Virus record (IMG/VR): IMGVR_UViG_3300013137_000018
Span: 2,773-66,772 of that record
Strand: one strand, 5' to 3'
From: a virus
Length of the DNA stretch: 64,000 nt
Both the position numbers and the translations under genes were made by a program. Of the stretch, positions 10,201 to 22,678 are shown in pieces; the stretch's first letter is position 1; each line of letters opens with the position of its first letter. The notes below the pieces were generated by a model that saw only the letters and a program-made list of their open reading frames with translations, was not told where the DNA came from and searched no databases.

Positions 10201-13110
10201 ATCGTGTGTATGACTTGTAATAGAATATTGAGAATGTGTGTGTGATGTTGGTGAATATTCACTATGAGTGTGAGATGTATTTGTAATATCAGACCACAAA
10301 TGAGTATGTGCAGTATTTGTTAAACCAGTAAAATCATGTGTATGACTTGTTAATGAATAATTTGCGTGAGTATGACTTGTCAAAGAATAATCAGCGTGAG
10401 TATGACTTGTTAATGAATAATTTGCGTGAGTATGAGATGTTGGTGAATATGATCCCAATATTGTCATAGTTTGTGCTGTTGTATAAAATGATGTATTAGC
10501 AGACAAGAAACTACTGTTTGCCTGTGATTGTGTATAAAATGAAGTATTAGCACTTAAAAAATTTGCATTTGATTGTAATTGTGTATATGCACTTAAATGT
10601 GCAGCGGTTGTTGTTGCTGATAAGAAATTACCATTTGCTTGTGCTTGTGTATAGAAAGAAGTGTTCGCTGACAAGAAACTAGAATTTGCCTGTGCTTGTG
10701 TATATGCACTTAATTGATTAGCTGTTGTTGATGCAGATAAAAAACCACTATTTGCTTGTGATTGTGTATAATAACTTGTATTAGCACTTAAAAAACCACT
10801 ATTTGTTTGTGATTGTGTATAATAACTTGTATTTGCAGAAAGGAAACTTGAATTTGCTTGTGATTGTGTATAGAATGAAGTATTAGCACTAAGGAAGTTT
10901 GAGTCTGTTTCAGGTTTTGAATAAACTTGACTCTTTGTATAATATGAAGAATCATGAGTATGACTCGTTAATGAATATTGATTATGTGTATGTGATGTTA
11001 ATGAATAGTCAGTATGTGTATGACTCGTTAAGGAGTAATTTGCGTGGGTATGACTTGATAATGAATAATCAGTGTGAGTGTGAGATGTTGGTGAATATTG
11101 AGCATGAGTGTGGCTTGTCAAAGAATAATATGCGTGGGTGTGAGATGTAGGACTAAAATTAGCATTTGTTTGAGCAGTAGTATAAAATGATGTATTTGCT
11201 GACAAGAAACTAGAATTAGCTTGTGCTTGTGTATATAAGCTTGTATTAGCACTTAAAAAGTTTGCATTTGTTTGTGCAGTAGTGTAAAATGAAGTATTTG
11301 CAGATAAAAATGAATTATCGATTTCACTTTTTGTATATGTTTGTGGTTTAGTATAATATAATGTATCATGATTGTGACCAGTCAATGAATATTGACTATG
11401 TGTGTGACTTGTTAATGAATATTGTCCAGATATTTCATTTTGTGTCAATATTGTTTGACCACTTATTGTTAATTGACCATCAACAATAGTAATAGGATAA
11501 CTATCAATATAAATTGTTCCACCAGAAACATGTAATTCTTTCCATTGATTTGTAGCAGAACCAAGTGAATATACACCATCACCTACTGGAATTAAATCGC
11601 CTGAAATACTTGATGAACCAGATATTGGAATATATAAATAATCTAATTGTCCACCATCTAATTGAGTTTTTGTGTAAAAATTATTTGTATCAAAAGAAAC
11701 AGCGGAATTTACCCAAACACCACCATAATAAACTAAGAAATTATTATTTTGCGGTGTTGCTATTGTTACACCACTCAAACTTGATAAAGTATGAGTGTGT
11801 GATGTTACACTATAATTATTAAATAAATTTATAGTACTTGCAGATAAAAAATTAGCATTAGTCTGTGAACTTGTATAATAATTTTGTGATGTATTATAAG
11901 TTAATGCAGTTAATAAACTATCAATTTCTGGTTTGTCATAAACTTGTAATTTTGTATAATAAAGATTATCATGTGTATGACTTGTTAATGAATATTCATC
12001 TAATAAAGTATTTATTTCACTTTCTGTATAATACCTATCATCATGTGTATGTGCAGTTGTTATCAAATCACTCCATAAGTGAGTATGCGATGTGTTTGTC
12101 AAATCGCTTAAATTATGTGTATGACTTGTTAATGAATAATTTGTATGAGTGTGTGATGTTAAAGCATAATCAGCATGAGTATGTGAACTCAATGAATAAT
12201 TTGTATGTGTGTGTGATGTTAATGAGTAGTCGTTATGTGTGTGTGATGTTGGACTAAAATTACTATTAATATAACTTCTTGTATAATAACTTGTATTAGC
12301 TGATAAAAAACTATTTTCGGCTTCGGAACGAGTATATATTGCAGTATTTGCTGATAGGAAATTATCATCAATTTCATCTTTTGTATAAGTTTGCATTTTT
12401 GTATAATATCTATCATCTAATACACCAGAGCCACTAGGACCACCTGGATTAGGATTTAATTCACTTTTTGAATATGTTTGTGCTGTTGTATAAACATCAT
12501 TAATACCATAACCACTTGCATCAGTTGGTGTACCAATTATATGAGACCAATTTATATAAACATCACTTGTTGAAGAACTTAATTCTACAATAGTATAATA
12601 ATTACTTGTAAAAGCACTTGTATCAAAAGTAAATGAACTATTAACCCAAACACCATTTTGATATACTAATACTTGATTGTTTGAAATTCCACTTAATTGA
12701 ACATCTGTCAAACCAGTTAAATAATGAGTGTGTGATGTTAAAGAATAATTGGATAAAAGATTTGTTACGGCAGTGTTTGTATAATATCTATTATCTAATT
12801 GACCTAAATCTAATTCTGTTTTTGTGTAATAATCTGTATCTTCGGCAGCATTTTGTGCAATAGTTTTTTTAACAGTATTCAATTTTTCTAATGCTGACAT
12901 AGCAGTTGAACTACTATCAAAATCTAATGTTATATCATTTTCGTTTTCAACTTTTATATAAACATATCTATCTTTGTAGAAATAATAACTTATCATTACA
13001 TCTATAGTATATTTGTAATTTCCATATTTATCGTAAATTTTAATGTATTTACTATCACTTGTAGCTTGACTTATAAAATTATTATAAGCATAATTGTATG
13101 ATACTGCCAT
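7267..13110 (-). CDS. Giant fibre protein (1947 aa) with HxH repeats and C-terminal YadA/Hep-Hag-like repeats
   Basis: 9-aa YSLTSHTHx arrays, 17-aa YTQxQANxxFLSANTSx arrays, LxxLxDV..NGQ.L.Y.GxW.N modules, ASGxxSHAEG repeats, terminal LRSPNGTRYKVTVDNSGNL motif. Confidence 0.8.
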   Translation of the reverse strand: MAVSYNYAYNNFISQATSDSKYIKIYDKYGNYKYTIDVMISYYFYKDRYVYIKVENENDITLDFDSSSTAMSALEKLNTVKKTIAQNAAEDTDYYTKTELDLGQLDNRYYTNTAVTNLLSNYSLTSHTHYLTGLTDVQLSGISNNQVLVYQNGVWVNSSFTFDTSAFTSNYYTIVELSSSTSDVYINWSHIIGTPTDASGYGINDVYTTAQTYSKSELNPNPGGPSGSGVLDDRYYTKMQTYTKDEIDDNFLSANTAIYTRSEAENSFLSANTSYYTRSYINSNFSPTSHTHNDYSLTSHTHTNYSLSSHTHADYALTSHTHTNYSLTSHTHNLSDLTNTSHTHLWSDLITTAHTHDDRYYTESEINTLLDEYSLTSHTHDNLYYTKLQVYDKPEIDSLLTALTYNTSQNYYTSSQTNANFLSASTINLFNNYSVTSHTHTLSSLSGVTIATPQNNNFLVYYGGVWVNSAVSFDTNNFYTKTQLDGGQLDYLYIPISGSSSISGDLIPVGDGVYSLGSATNQWKELHVSGGTIYIDSYPITIVDGQLTISGQTILTQNEISGQYSLTSHTHSQYSLTGHNHDTLYYTKPQTYTKSEIDNSFLSANTSFYTTAQTNANFLSANTSLYTQAQANSSFLSANTSFYTTAQTNANFSPTSHTHAYYSLTSHTHAQYSPTSHTHTDYSLSSHTHANYSLTSHTHTDYSLTSHTHNQYSLTSHTHDSSYYTKSQVYSKPETDSNFLSANTSFYTQSQANSSFLSANTSYYTQSQTNSGFLSANTSYYTQSQANSGFLSASTTANQLSAYTQAQANSSFLSANTSFYTQAQANGNFLSATTTAAHLSAYTQLQSNANFLSANTSFYTQSQANSSFLSANTSFYTTAQTMTILGSYSPTSHTHANYSLTSHTHADYSLTSHTHANYSLTSHTHDFTGLTNTAHTHLWSDITNTSHTHSEYSPTSHTHSQYSITSHTHDDRYYLSSQTYSTTEVNNLLTGYYTSAQTNTIFFNSAQTNALYSQTGHSHYLTGLTDVVVSAISYGQVLVYSAGTWINSAVTLDLSAYYTASEVDLLLYNLTGATGTRYLYQLLDVNSGITTASAGESLVFDGALWVNSAVTPDLSAYYTSAQTDAIFFTSAQTAIFSQTGHSHAFSALTDVRVTGATDGQFLQYSGGSWYPVTSPTLVGNFVVKSGDTMTGELVFDFMTGLTTRILHVDTGGTVKEGEDIISLYVTDPTVISYITSGDTYWTGRTFTFTGLTATTYEGQKYIDANYFYEYFGGTFYRTYYSDKDHNHDDRYYTQSQLLPISGSGVLDIRYITYDDLSGLTLQSLADVSLNVPILTNNSFLKWDSTSGWTNYIIDLTAITWKPEGVLTGRTVTGISGLTGGGTLDNDVQIRHSTKTVTRSTTIPSLSSILVDMTFDAYGHPNSYTVADFTGTIKGRLSELNDVIITGPQTDHYLYYNVGTAKWLNGALTMSKVSGLTTELANYVKLNPTSVPQTITGNVIFVNDVYHQSNQLFLGTIPLSTDGTNLLWSGVTVGGSPAGTTGSIQIKSGSTFSYSTKFDFDFANEAITFGVRSGSTGSGSMAYGHDVIASGDYAFATGVETTASGNYSFASGYRTISGQASHAEGAYTTASGDYSHAEGFATTASGYESHAGGYGHLDYKVIAFGLASFNHSTRLISTPDVSGATGEYSVILGGVNNSATDVGSVVIGGYESKATGKYNFATGYQTTASGTYGNSSCFAEGYKTTSSGSYGSHSEGIESTASGDGSHSEGYRTTANGHFSHAEGNYSTSSGKYSHGEGRYGIASGECSHAQNRFSNAIGTASHAGGYGQTTAYSIVASGVSSFNHSYRNNSTDNVSGVTANYSVILGGVDHSVTSVSSAILAGTDNTVLHDYSVILGGYNQTTLSASTVYMPRAELTMSGDGIILRSPNGTRYKVTVDNSGNLITTTT
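10200..12260 (-). repeat. Coding tandem repeats with 27-nt (SHTH) and 51-nt (FLSANTS) periods
   Basis: e.g. gtatgacttgttaatgaataa recurring; synonymous variation between copies. Confidence 0.85.
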
Positions 13111-13161
13111 CTGAGGATATTAATTTTCTATTATATATTAAAAATTGAATTGATTTTTTGA

Positions 13162-13208
13162 TAATTACATTAGTTTTACACTCATTTTATATTAATTTTA
13201 CATTGTAA
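13162..13208. repeat. Four phased 11-bp direct repeats (consensus ATTTTACATTA) plus TTACA-t-TGTAA palindrome; possible operator
   Basis: taattacatta / gttttacactc / attttatatta / attttacattg, lying between two divergent TTTTAATATATAA motifs. Confidence 0.5.
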
Positions 13209-13237
13209 TTTTAATATATAATTAAAAAAGTCGTATT

Positions 13238-13534
13238 ATGAACAACTCAAAAACTGTAAACATAGATTCTGATCTGCATAAAAAATTAAAAAAATATTGT
13301 TCAGATAACAATTTAAAAATAAATGAACTTATAAATGAACTAATAGATGACAGAATTTCAATAAAAGAGAAATCTATATTACCATTAATATTAAAAGACA
13401 AAGGTGAAGTATATGAAAATATAATATGTAGTGAGATGTCACCAGAATACAGGAACAGTTTACCAAAAAGTTTGACACTAATAAGAAGTTCAAAAGATGG
13501 TACTGTTTTTATAGCAACTTATAAACAAGTTTAA
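13238..13534 (+). CDS. Ribbon-helix-helix (CopG/Arc-like) DNA-binding protein
   Basis: KTVNIDSDLHKKLKKYCSDNNLKINELINELI fits the beta-alpha-alpha RHH pattern. Confidence 0.65.
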   Translation: MNNSKTVNIDSDLHKKLKKYCSDNNLKINELINELIDDRISIKEKSILPLILKDKGEVYENIICSEMSPEYRNSLPKSLTLIRSSKDGTVFIATYKQV

Positions 13535-13537
13535 ATG

Positions 13538-13566
13538 AAAAATCCCAACTTCTTGTTGGGATTTTT
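13538..13566. terminator. Bidirectional intrinsic terminator
   Basis: AAAAATCCCAAC-ttctt-GTTGGGATTTTT between convergent genes. Confidence 0.8.
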
Positions 13567-13567
13567 G

Positions 13568-16500
13568 TTATCTATCTATTCTCTTAACATTGAACCATAT
13601 CGAATATGGTGTTATGTTTCTTGATGTGGCATTGTTTGATGAGAATCTTAAATCAAAATAATCACCACCATTTACTCCAGAAACTTGACCTGCTAGTGAT
13701 ATATTTCTTATTTCACTAGTATTTGTAATTGACCATCTAGTTAATAGATTAGGTACAACTGCACCATTTCTATAAACAGCCATTATATATCGTGGTGTAG
13801 TATTAGAACAAGAAGAAGACATTGTCACTACAATTTCATATGTACCATCACCGCCTGAATCAATTGTTATTCTATCAGCAGTTACATTATTTGTGAATGT
13901 AGTATATCTATTAACATTAGATGTAGCATTAACCCAACCAGTATAACCTAAGTTTGATACAGCGATAACCGCGCCACCAGCAGTATTTACTTCATACATA
14001 GAACCATATGCTATTGGAGTTAATTCTTGTCTGTAACCTATACCTGAATTATCAGTATAGTAAAATCTTAATCCATCATATTCTATCGCACCAATTTCTG
14101 CATTTGTCATTAATGTTCCAGGAGTAAGCTTAATAGGAGCAGAGTTTGCTGCAGTTGATCCAGAATTTATGTGTAATTGAGCTGTTCTCGAAACAACATT
14201 AATTCCTAATGTACCATAAATTGTTCCACCTGATATAGAAATAGCATCTGTAATACTATATCCACTTAAAGTCGTAGGCTTATTAGTAATAATAGACCAA
14301 TCAACAGAAGATACTGTAGCTGTTATAGCACTATTAACCCAAAAACCATCGCCATTATAAACTAATGCTTGATATATTACTGGTGTTGTTATTGTTACAC
14401 CTGACAAACTTTGTAGTGTGGTATTATGAGGATTTGTTGCACTAGTGTGATCTATGAATGTTGTTGCTGATACAAAATTAGCATTGGCTTGCGATTGTGT
14501 ATAGTAACTTGTATTTGCTGAAAGGAAATTAGCATTTGCTTGACTATATGTATAAGCACTCAATTGATTTGCTGTTGTGGAAGCACTTAGGAAATTAGCA
14601 TTTGCTTGGTTATATGTATATACACTGAAATATGCGGCAGTCGTAGTTGCTGACAAGAAATTAGCATTTGCTTGTGATTGTGTGTAATAACTTGTATTAG
14701 CAGATAAGAAATTAGCATTGGCTTGTGTATAAGTATATGCACTCAATTGATTTGCTGTTGTTGATGCAGACAAGAAATTAGCATTAGCCTGTGCTTGTGT
14801 ATAGTAACTTGTATTTGCACTTAAGAAATTATCATTTGCTTGAGATTGAGTATAATAACTTGTGTTAGCACTTAAATAATTTGAATCACTTTGAGTTTTT
14901 GTATAAACATCAGCAATTCCATAACCGCTAACAGTTGTAGGTTTATTATATAAATAATTCCAATCTAAACTACCATAGAAAGTTGTTGCCGTAACATTTA
15001 ACATTCTTGTGCTACCACTAACATCTAAAGCAAAAGAATCATTAATGTGATTTATAAACACTTTACTTTGTGAGTAAATACCATTTGTCAAACCACTACA
15101 AATATTAATACCATTTAATGTTGTTGTAGCAGTTGTAGATTTTATAATATCAATAAAATTAAATGTATTAGTTCCGTCTTCTGATATATCATATAAATCC
15201 AATAATATACCATTTTTAGTTTGGTTATTTGTAGAAACTTTTAATGGTAATATAAGAGACGAAGTGCCTGTTAGTGTACCACCAAGAATCATTTTATCTA
15301 AATCTAAATTAGTATCTCTAAGAACTAATCCATTTTGATTATATCTAGTATCAGAATTTTCTAATCTTAAATCCCATCTTAAATTATTAGTAATAGTATC
15401 AGAATTACCTTTTATAAATTCTATCATAGGATCGTTTGCTGTACCAACACTAGTATATTGCCATACTCTCATTGATGCTTCATCATCAATAATAGCCAAA
15501 CTTCTACCAATATCACCAGGTGTACCACTTGCTAATCTTGTAGCACTTAAGCTATTACCTAATGCAGTTCTACCAAAATAGTCTACTTGGAAGAATGGTG
15601 TTGTATCACCATTTGCACAATATACACCTAATCTATTAATACCATTATTTGTAAGGATAAACATATATGACGGTTCTGTAATAGCAGTTGCACTAATTCT
15701 TATATAATATAGTTCATCAGAATCATTTATTGAAGTTGTTGTCCAATTTGTTAATTTACTTTTTGTATATAAAACAGCACCAGGTTTTGTTAGATTGTTT
15801 GAGCCATCAACCAAATCATGAGTAGTATTGCTCATAGTTATCCAAATAGAACCATTCCAATATTCAAATTTTAATGATGTACCAGTTAATTCATTTTCAG
15901 TATATAATAAAATAGAATCGAAAGGGCAATATTTACCAACATATGTATAATCTGTTGTTCCAGTTAAGAATATAAATGATGCTTGCGAAGTTTGTCCCGC
16001 AATTATTGTATTATCAGTATAACTTGCACCATCATAATATAATACCATATCAAATCCTTGTGGGAATATTGATACTACATCAGGTGGTTGTTTTTGATTA
16101 GTATATATTAATGGTGGATTTATACCAAATCTACCTGTTCTTGATATTATAAATGTATCATGTTTTGATGATTCAGACCATATATTCAAAAATTCACCAT
16201 CTTCATCATGCCATTGATATAATTCCCATCTATTTGTTTCATCTTCGCTTATGTAAAATCCTTTAACGTCTGCTGAAGAACCATTAGCAAATATATAGGA
16301 AGCATTCTTATACACATAATCATAACCAGCATTCCAATCGACTTCTTCATCTAATAATATTTCAGCATCATTATATTTACGAACAACATATCTTGTTTGA
16401 CCATTAGCAACAATTCTAGCATCTGATTCAATATGAGTAAATGCACTTGTTGGACTTATTGCTGTGGTTGATGCCGTTGTAGGTGTCTGTATAATACCAC

Positions 16501-19500
16501 TAGCTGTTATTTGCTTATTATCAGCAAAGATTGGATAATCATGATGTGTATCACTATTAATATTTACTGAACCATGTGTTTTATCTATTCTAACAGTTTT
16601 ATCTGAAAAATATAATACATCTGAAACAGGTTCAACACTATATGTAGTAACTCCTGTTACTGTTAAATTTCCAGTATTAGTTAATGATAATACTGTTGGG
16701 TGATTGTGTGTTTCATAATTTGAACCATATTTTAATTCAAAGTTTGTGTTTCCACTATTAAATATTGACCAATAGTCTACTGGATTCCCACTACCATCAA
16801 TTCTACCAAGAGAAACTGAAGCTGCTGTATTACCAAGGAAATATGTTCTACCAGATGTAGAAGCAAAGAAAGCAACATCAGCACCTTCGCATATTGCGTT
16901 TGATTGTAAATTACTAATTTTATTAAACTGAAATTGTGCTGCGTTTGTTAATCCAGTTCCAAAAATAACTTTGTTATTAAATGTTTTATTACCAGAAATA
17001 TACTCATCACCAGTTGTATGAACAACTTCTGTATCAAGTGCTAATTTTACTTCATTTCCATAAAAACCAGCTTTCCAAACTTGATTACCTTCGTCCCACA
17101 TTACAACAGCATCTTGACTTGTATCACCAGAATATCTTTCTACTGTAATATAAGCATTTTGAATAGGTGTTGTTTGACCTTTTAACATTGTAATGGTATT
17201 ACCTGTGGTATCAATAGTTGCTGATTGATTTACAGTTTGAGTACCTAAAACAACCAAGTCATTTACTACAAGATTACCATAATTATTATCAGCAGCATTT
17301 CTAATAGATAATGTTGAACCAGAAGATGTATGACTTTTTAATGTTATACCTGTTATACCTTCACCAAGATATAAATAACTAGATTTTAAATTGGCACTAT
17401 CAAATGTTACATCATCAGTTGTTGATAAATTCTGATTTATAACATCTAAATTGGCTTTATTTGTATGAGTATGTGCAGAATATAAAATATCAGATATTTT
17501 TGTTCCACTATCAATAACTTTATAATTTGAATCCCAAGTTAATATATTACCATTATTTGCTACAGTTAAACCAGAAATATATAAATTTGTTGTATGAAAA
17601 CTTCCACCGCTAGTAAAAATGTATGTTGTTTGTCCTGTTTGTCCAATATAATAATCTAAATATAAATCATTTAATCCATTTTTATTTTTCATAAATGACC
17701 ACATTTTTACTTTATCCCAATCTGTTATTAATGGATTGTATGTAGTTGCATATGAAATAAGATTAAATGATTGATACATCGATTCTGCACCAGTACCATA
17801 TGTGGCTGTTATTAATTGTGAATTTCTATTTATCGCAGTTGATGCAAAAAATGATGGCTGAACTGATGTTGTATCTGTATTATTAAAAAATAAACCTTTT
17901 GAACCTCCCCATAATCCATAATCTATCGAAGGATTGTCTTCCTCTTGACCAATATTTAATTTAAAAATTGTATTATTTGAATCTGAACCATTGCCAACAT
18001 ACATATAATAATCATCTACATCTATACCTATAATAGATATTAATTCGCTATTTGTAATATTAAATTTGTTAGGATAATATAATGATTCTACTAAATTTAA
18101 TCTTATTGATGCAGTTGAATCAACTTGATTGAAACAATATTCTGTAACATCTAATACTATTGAAGCAGATAATTGAATTTTTGATGTATCATGAGCTTCA
18201 AAACCACTACTTGAATATTGAACATAAAAATCACTAAAGTAAGCTTCTGAACTACCTTCTGTTGTTAAAACTTTATTATTATATCTTGTACTACTACCAT
18301 AAACTCTTGTTGCTTGTGCAAGCATTTTTGTTGGTGGTGTAGCTGATGTTGAATTTAACAATCTTATAGCACTACTTTCACAATATCTAATAGAACATCC
18401 AACCATAACACCACAAGCACCATTATCTAATATGATAGTATCACCACTAGAATATAAGAACACACAATCATTTAATTTGAATGTTTCTGTTCTTTGTGGC
18501 ACATGAAACATTGTGTAAGCATAATTTATTCTTAAACTGTCAAAAAAAATTCTTGTTGTATTATCATATTCTACAGCAATACTTCCTGATGTACCATAAT
18601 ATGAATTGCCTGTTGTGCCTAAATTCGAACCATCTATGAATAAGTTTTTTAACAATGATGCGGATTGTATATGGAACATTGTTTTGCCTGTCAAGTTAAT
18701 AGTTGGATGAATAGTTGTTTCAAAATATCCATCACCTTCTATTCCAACAATATTTGAATTATTAATAGTTATAGTATCATCAATATAATATGTGCCAGCC
18801 GCTACTGAAATTATAGTAGGAGAAACAACATTAGCATTTGCCCAAATAACAGCAGATGATATATCTCTAAACTCATCACTATTAACATGTACATAAATTA
18901 CAGATGGTGTAGTTCTTGTTGTATTAGCCATTCCCCAATGTGTTCCATGAGAAATTAAAGTTATACCTTGACCATTTTTAGAAATTTTTTGTTCTGAAAA
19001 GTTGTCTATTAATTGACCACCAATAGTTGATATGATAACTTCATTTGGTTCATCTGTATATTTATAAATTCTTATTATTTTGTTTGTTACAGAACTATTA
19101 GAATCTGGTATATAAATATTGACATCACCCAATTCATCATATACTGCAAAACTATCAAATGTTGTTGCTGTGTAACTTGTTACTGCGCTAACATCAATTA
19201 AGAAATTCTTTTGCGTATAACCTGTTAATATAGTATCTATTTCTGTTTCAGTATAATATCTATCATCATGTGTGTGGGCAGTTGTTGCCAAATCAGACCA
19301 TAAATGAGTATGGGCAGTATAAGTTAGGGCACTAAAACTTGTTCCATGAGGATTTACAAGTGATGTATGATAACTAACAGCACTATTTATTTGTGTATTT
19401 GTTTGTGATGATGTCCAATATGGTGAAAAATCAGATGAATCTGGCAAACCAACCCAAGTACCAGCAGAATAAACTAAATAATATCCTTGTGAAGTACCAG

Positions 19501-22500
19501 CAGTATTTACATCACCTAAATTATCTAACGTTATACTATTTTTTGTAAAATGAATAGAAGTGTCAGCGGTATGTGAATTTAAATTAATTATTGTTGCAAA
19601 AGTATTATCTGACTGTGTATAAGTATATGCACTTATCTGAGCCGCTGTAACATTATGAGGATTACTAGTATCAGCTGTATGACTTGCAAATGTTATAGCA
19701 GAAACAAAATTAGCATTTGCTTGTATATAGGTATATGCACTTATCTGAGCCGCTGTAACATTATGTGGGTTACTTGTATCTGCAGTGTGTGAGTTAAAGT
19801 TTTGTACATGGTTTGCAAATGTTGTAGCAGAAACAAAATTAACATCCGTTTCAGTTTTTGTATAAGCATCTGTAATACCATAACCTGATATTGTTGTTGG
19901 TTTACTTATAATATCATTACTCCATACATGAGTGTGTGCAGTATATGTTAATGCAGAGAAATATGTTCCATGAGGATTAATTAAATCTGTATGAGCAGTC
20001 AAAGCATTTGCTGCACCTAAAGTTACGGCTGAAATCCAGCCAGAATATTGTGTATCATGATTGTGTAATGAACTTGCATCGCTACCATCAGTTAATATAC
20101 TATGTTGAGAATTTGTTAAGTGATAATATTGATTAGCTGTACCACCATTAAGACCTGTTAATAAATTATGACTTGTTGTTACAGTTGTTGCAACAGTTAC
20201 ATCAAAAGCGCTTGTTACTAATTGAGCCATACTAGTTCCTTGTTTACCAATAATACGACCAACAAACATTGTATGAAATGATATTAAATCTGGTAAAACT
20301 GTTGGAATTCTTTCATTCTGTGCATCTGCTATAGAAGGATACTCTCCTGTACCAATAATATAATACAAGTGAGATAGATCTTCAATACCAGCATAAACCC
20401 AGTTTACATTATAAGATCCTGCACTCAATGGAGGTAATGTTAAACCACTAATAGAACCAGTATAATCAGAATAATTTGTATTATTAAATCCACTTGTACT
20501 TACATCAATTATCCAATTTGTAGTTGTTCCTGATGGATAACATAAAAATAAAGTTGTTGCAGAAGCAGTATTGTATTCTGGTTGTGTTCTTCTTATACCA
20601 CCATACCACATAATACCTTCTGTACATGTAATTGCATCACCATGTGTTGAATCTCCTGTATTACCAGATGTTCCTAATTCAAAACCACTTTCTCTGTGAA
20701 ATCTATCTGTTTTTATGAATCTTTCATTTAGCTTGTTAACCAAACCATCTGCTAAACCATTCCATTCTAATATATGCAAATATATTCCAGTTCTATAAAC
20801 AGAAACAAAAGGAACTATATTTTGTTCATTTATTATTGTGGCATCAGTAGTTATTGTGTATGTTGGTGAACCACTATTATAATCACCTACAACATAACTT
20901 AAACCATTTGGTAAAGCAGGATAATCTATACCTGTTATACCACTCGCTAACATATATTTTGTTAATAAACCACTACCATCAGATTCTTGATTTAAAACAA
21001 CTTCAGTATATGGTAATGTTATAGAACCATCACCATTATCAATATCTATTTCATTTATTCTAAAACCAGCACTACCAAATTCAGAAGAATTATCAAAATT
21101 ATACCAATAAGAACCAGAATATAATAATATTTGTCCATCTTGTGGATTGGTTACAATAACATCTTGTAAATTATTAAGATCGTGTGAGTGAGAATCTATT
21201 GTTACTAATGCTTTCTGTACAGTATCATCATTTGTTGATAAAATATCAGTGAAATTTTCTGTATCAACACTAATAGCAGTTGATTCGTGAGCACCATCAT
21301 CATTTCTATTTGATAGAAGATTGTGTTTAAATGATGATTGATTAATTTTATAACCAATTAAACTTACAACATCGGTTTCTAATCTACAATGACCACTATT
21401 TGTGAATCCACTGAAAGAATAAAATGTTAATTTGTATAATGGTGCAATTTCACTAAAAGGCAAACCTGTTAAATTTAAATTACTAATAGTATAACTTTCA
21501 GCGTCAGATAAGGTTGAAAATTCAGTTTGACCTAAAAATGTAACATATCTAAAATCACTTGTAGTGTGTGGATAAGCGTTTGTTGCACAAATATAAGCAT
21601 TAACATATTTACCACTTGTTAGTTCTGTTAATTGCCATGTTGGATTATTAAAGTCATTATATTGAATATAATCATCGTACATAAATGGCATATCACTTCT
21701 AAAAAATGTCCAATTTCCGGTTGAACCACTTTGATATAATATAACATAAGGACCTCCAGAATTCAATTCTGTGACATCTTGAATTAAATCTTCATCTGCT
21801 ATTGTACCACCACTTATATGTGGTTGATTATTTGCATTTGTTGGGTTTGTAGGTTGAAAACTGTAATCAGAAATACCAAAATCTGTTTTGTGAAATATTT
21901 GTGTACCATTAACATGATGTAGATATTCATGTGTCATCCAATCCATTACCATTCCGTGTCTTTCATCCAATAAAGCACCTTCTGCTTTATCTGCAAAATA
22001 AAGAATTATAGCAACTGGTGTAGCATTTGATAAATCAGAGAATGTAACAGCTGTTAATATATTATCTTGTGTAAAATAAATATAATAAGGACCAGTTGTT
22101 GGCTGAATTTCAACATGACTTGTGCCAGAATTAACATATAAATAACCTTTATTGTAATATGTATAACTTGTATAACTTGGTGCTGGTTCAATATAAAATG
22201 TCAAACCAGTATTATCAAACCATAAATAAGAATCATTTGTATTTGGAAAACCTATAGGTTCACCAGTAACTCTACCAAATTGTACAAGTGCATTATTAGC
22301 ATCAATCTCATCTTTTGTATAAGCATCTGAAATAGAATAACCACTTAATGTTGTAGGTGTATCATATACTTTTGACCAAGATATTGATATTGATTCATTT
22401 ACAGCATCTATAAAAAGTTTTTTACATCATCAAATCTAGCAATAGCTTGTTCAGCTTCGCTGTCTGATGCAAAATCTAAAACATTATCATAATTTATTTT

Positions 22501-22659
22501 TCCATCTCTCATGATATAAGCATATCTTGACTTTTGGAAAGCGGTTGATGTATATGGGTCAATAGCCATTACAAGCGTACCAGCACAATTATAAATATAC
22601 ATCAATCTATCACCAGGAGAGGGGTCTCGTACAAAGTTTCCTATACAGAAATTAGCCAT
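13568..22659 (-). CDS. Giant fibre/spike protein (~3030 aa) split across two frames at 22417-22423 (ORFs 22408..22662 and 13568..22204)
   Basis: The downstream frame is open from just after a TGA at about 22429, well upstream of the annotated TTG; N-terminal domain is paralogous to those of 7267..13110 and 57075..58373; contains HxH modules, a pectin-lyase-like beta-helix region (AAGTYYIDDTITI...GIEGDG) and a C1q/TNF-like C-terminus. Confidence 0.75.
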
Positions 22660-22678
22660 CAATAATCACTTCTTTTTT

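Noticed and set aside
10200-14900. CRISPR array or non-coding repeat
   Set aside because: Repeat periods are multiples of 3, lie inside ORFs, vary at synonymous positions and have no unique spacers
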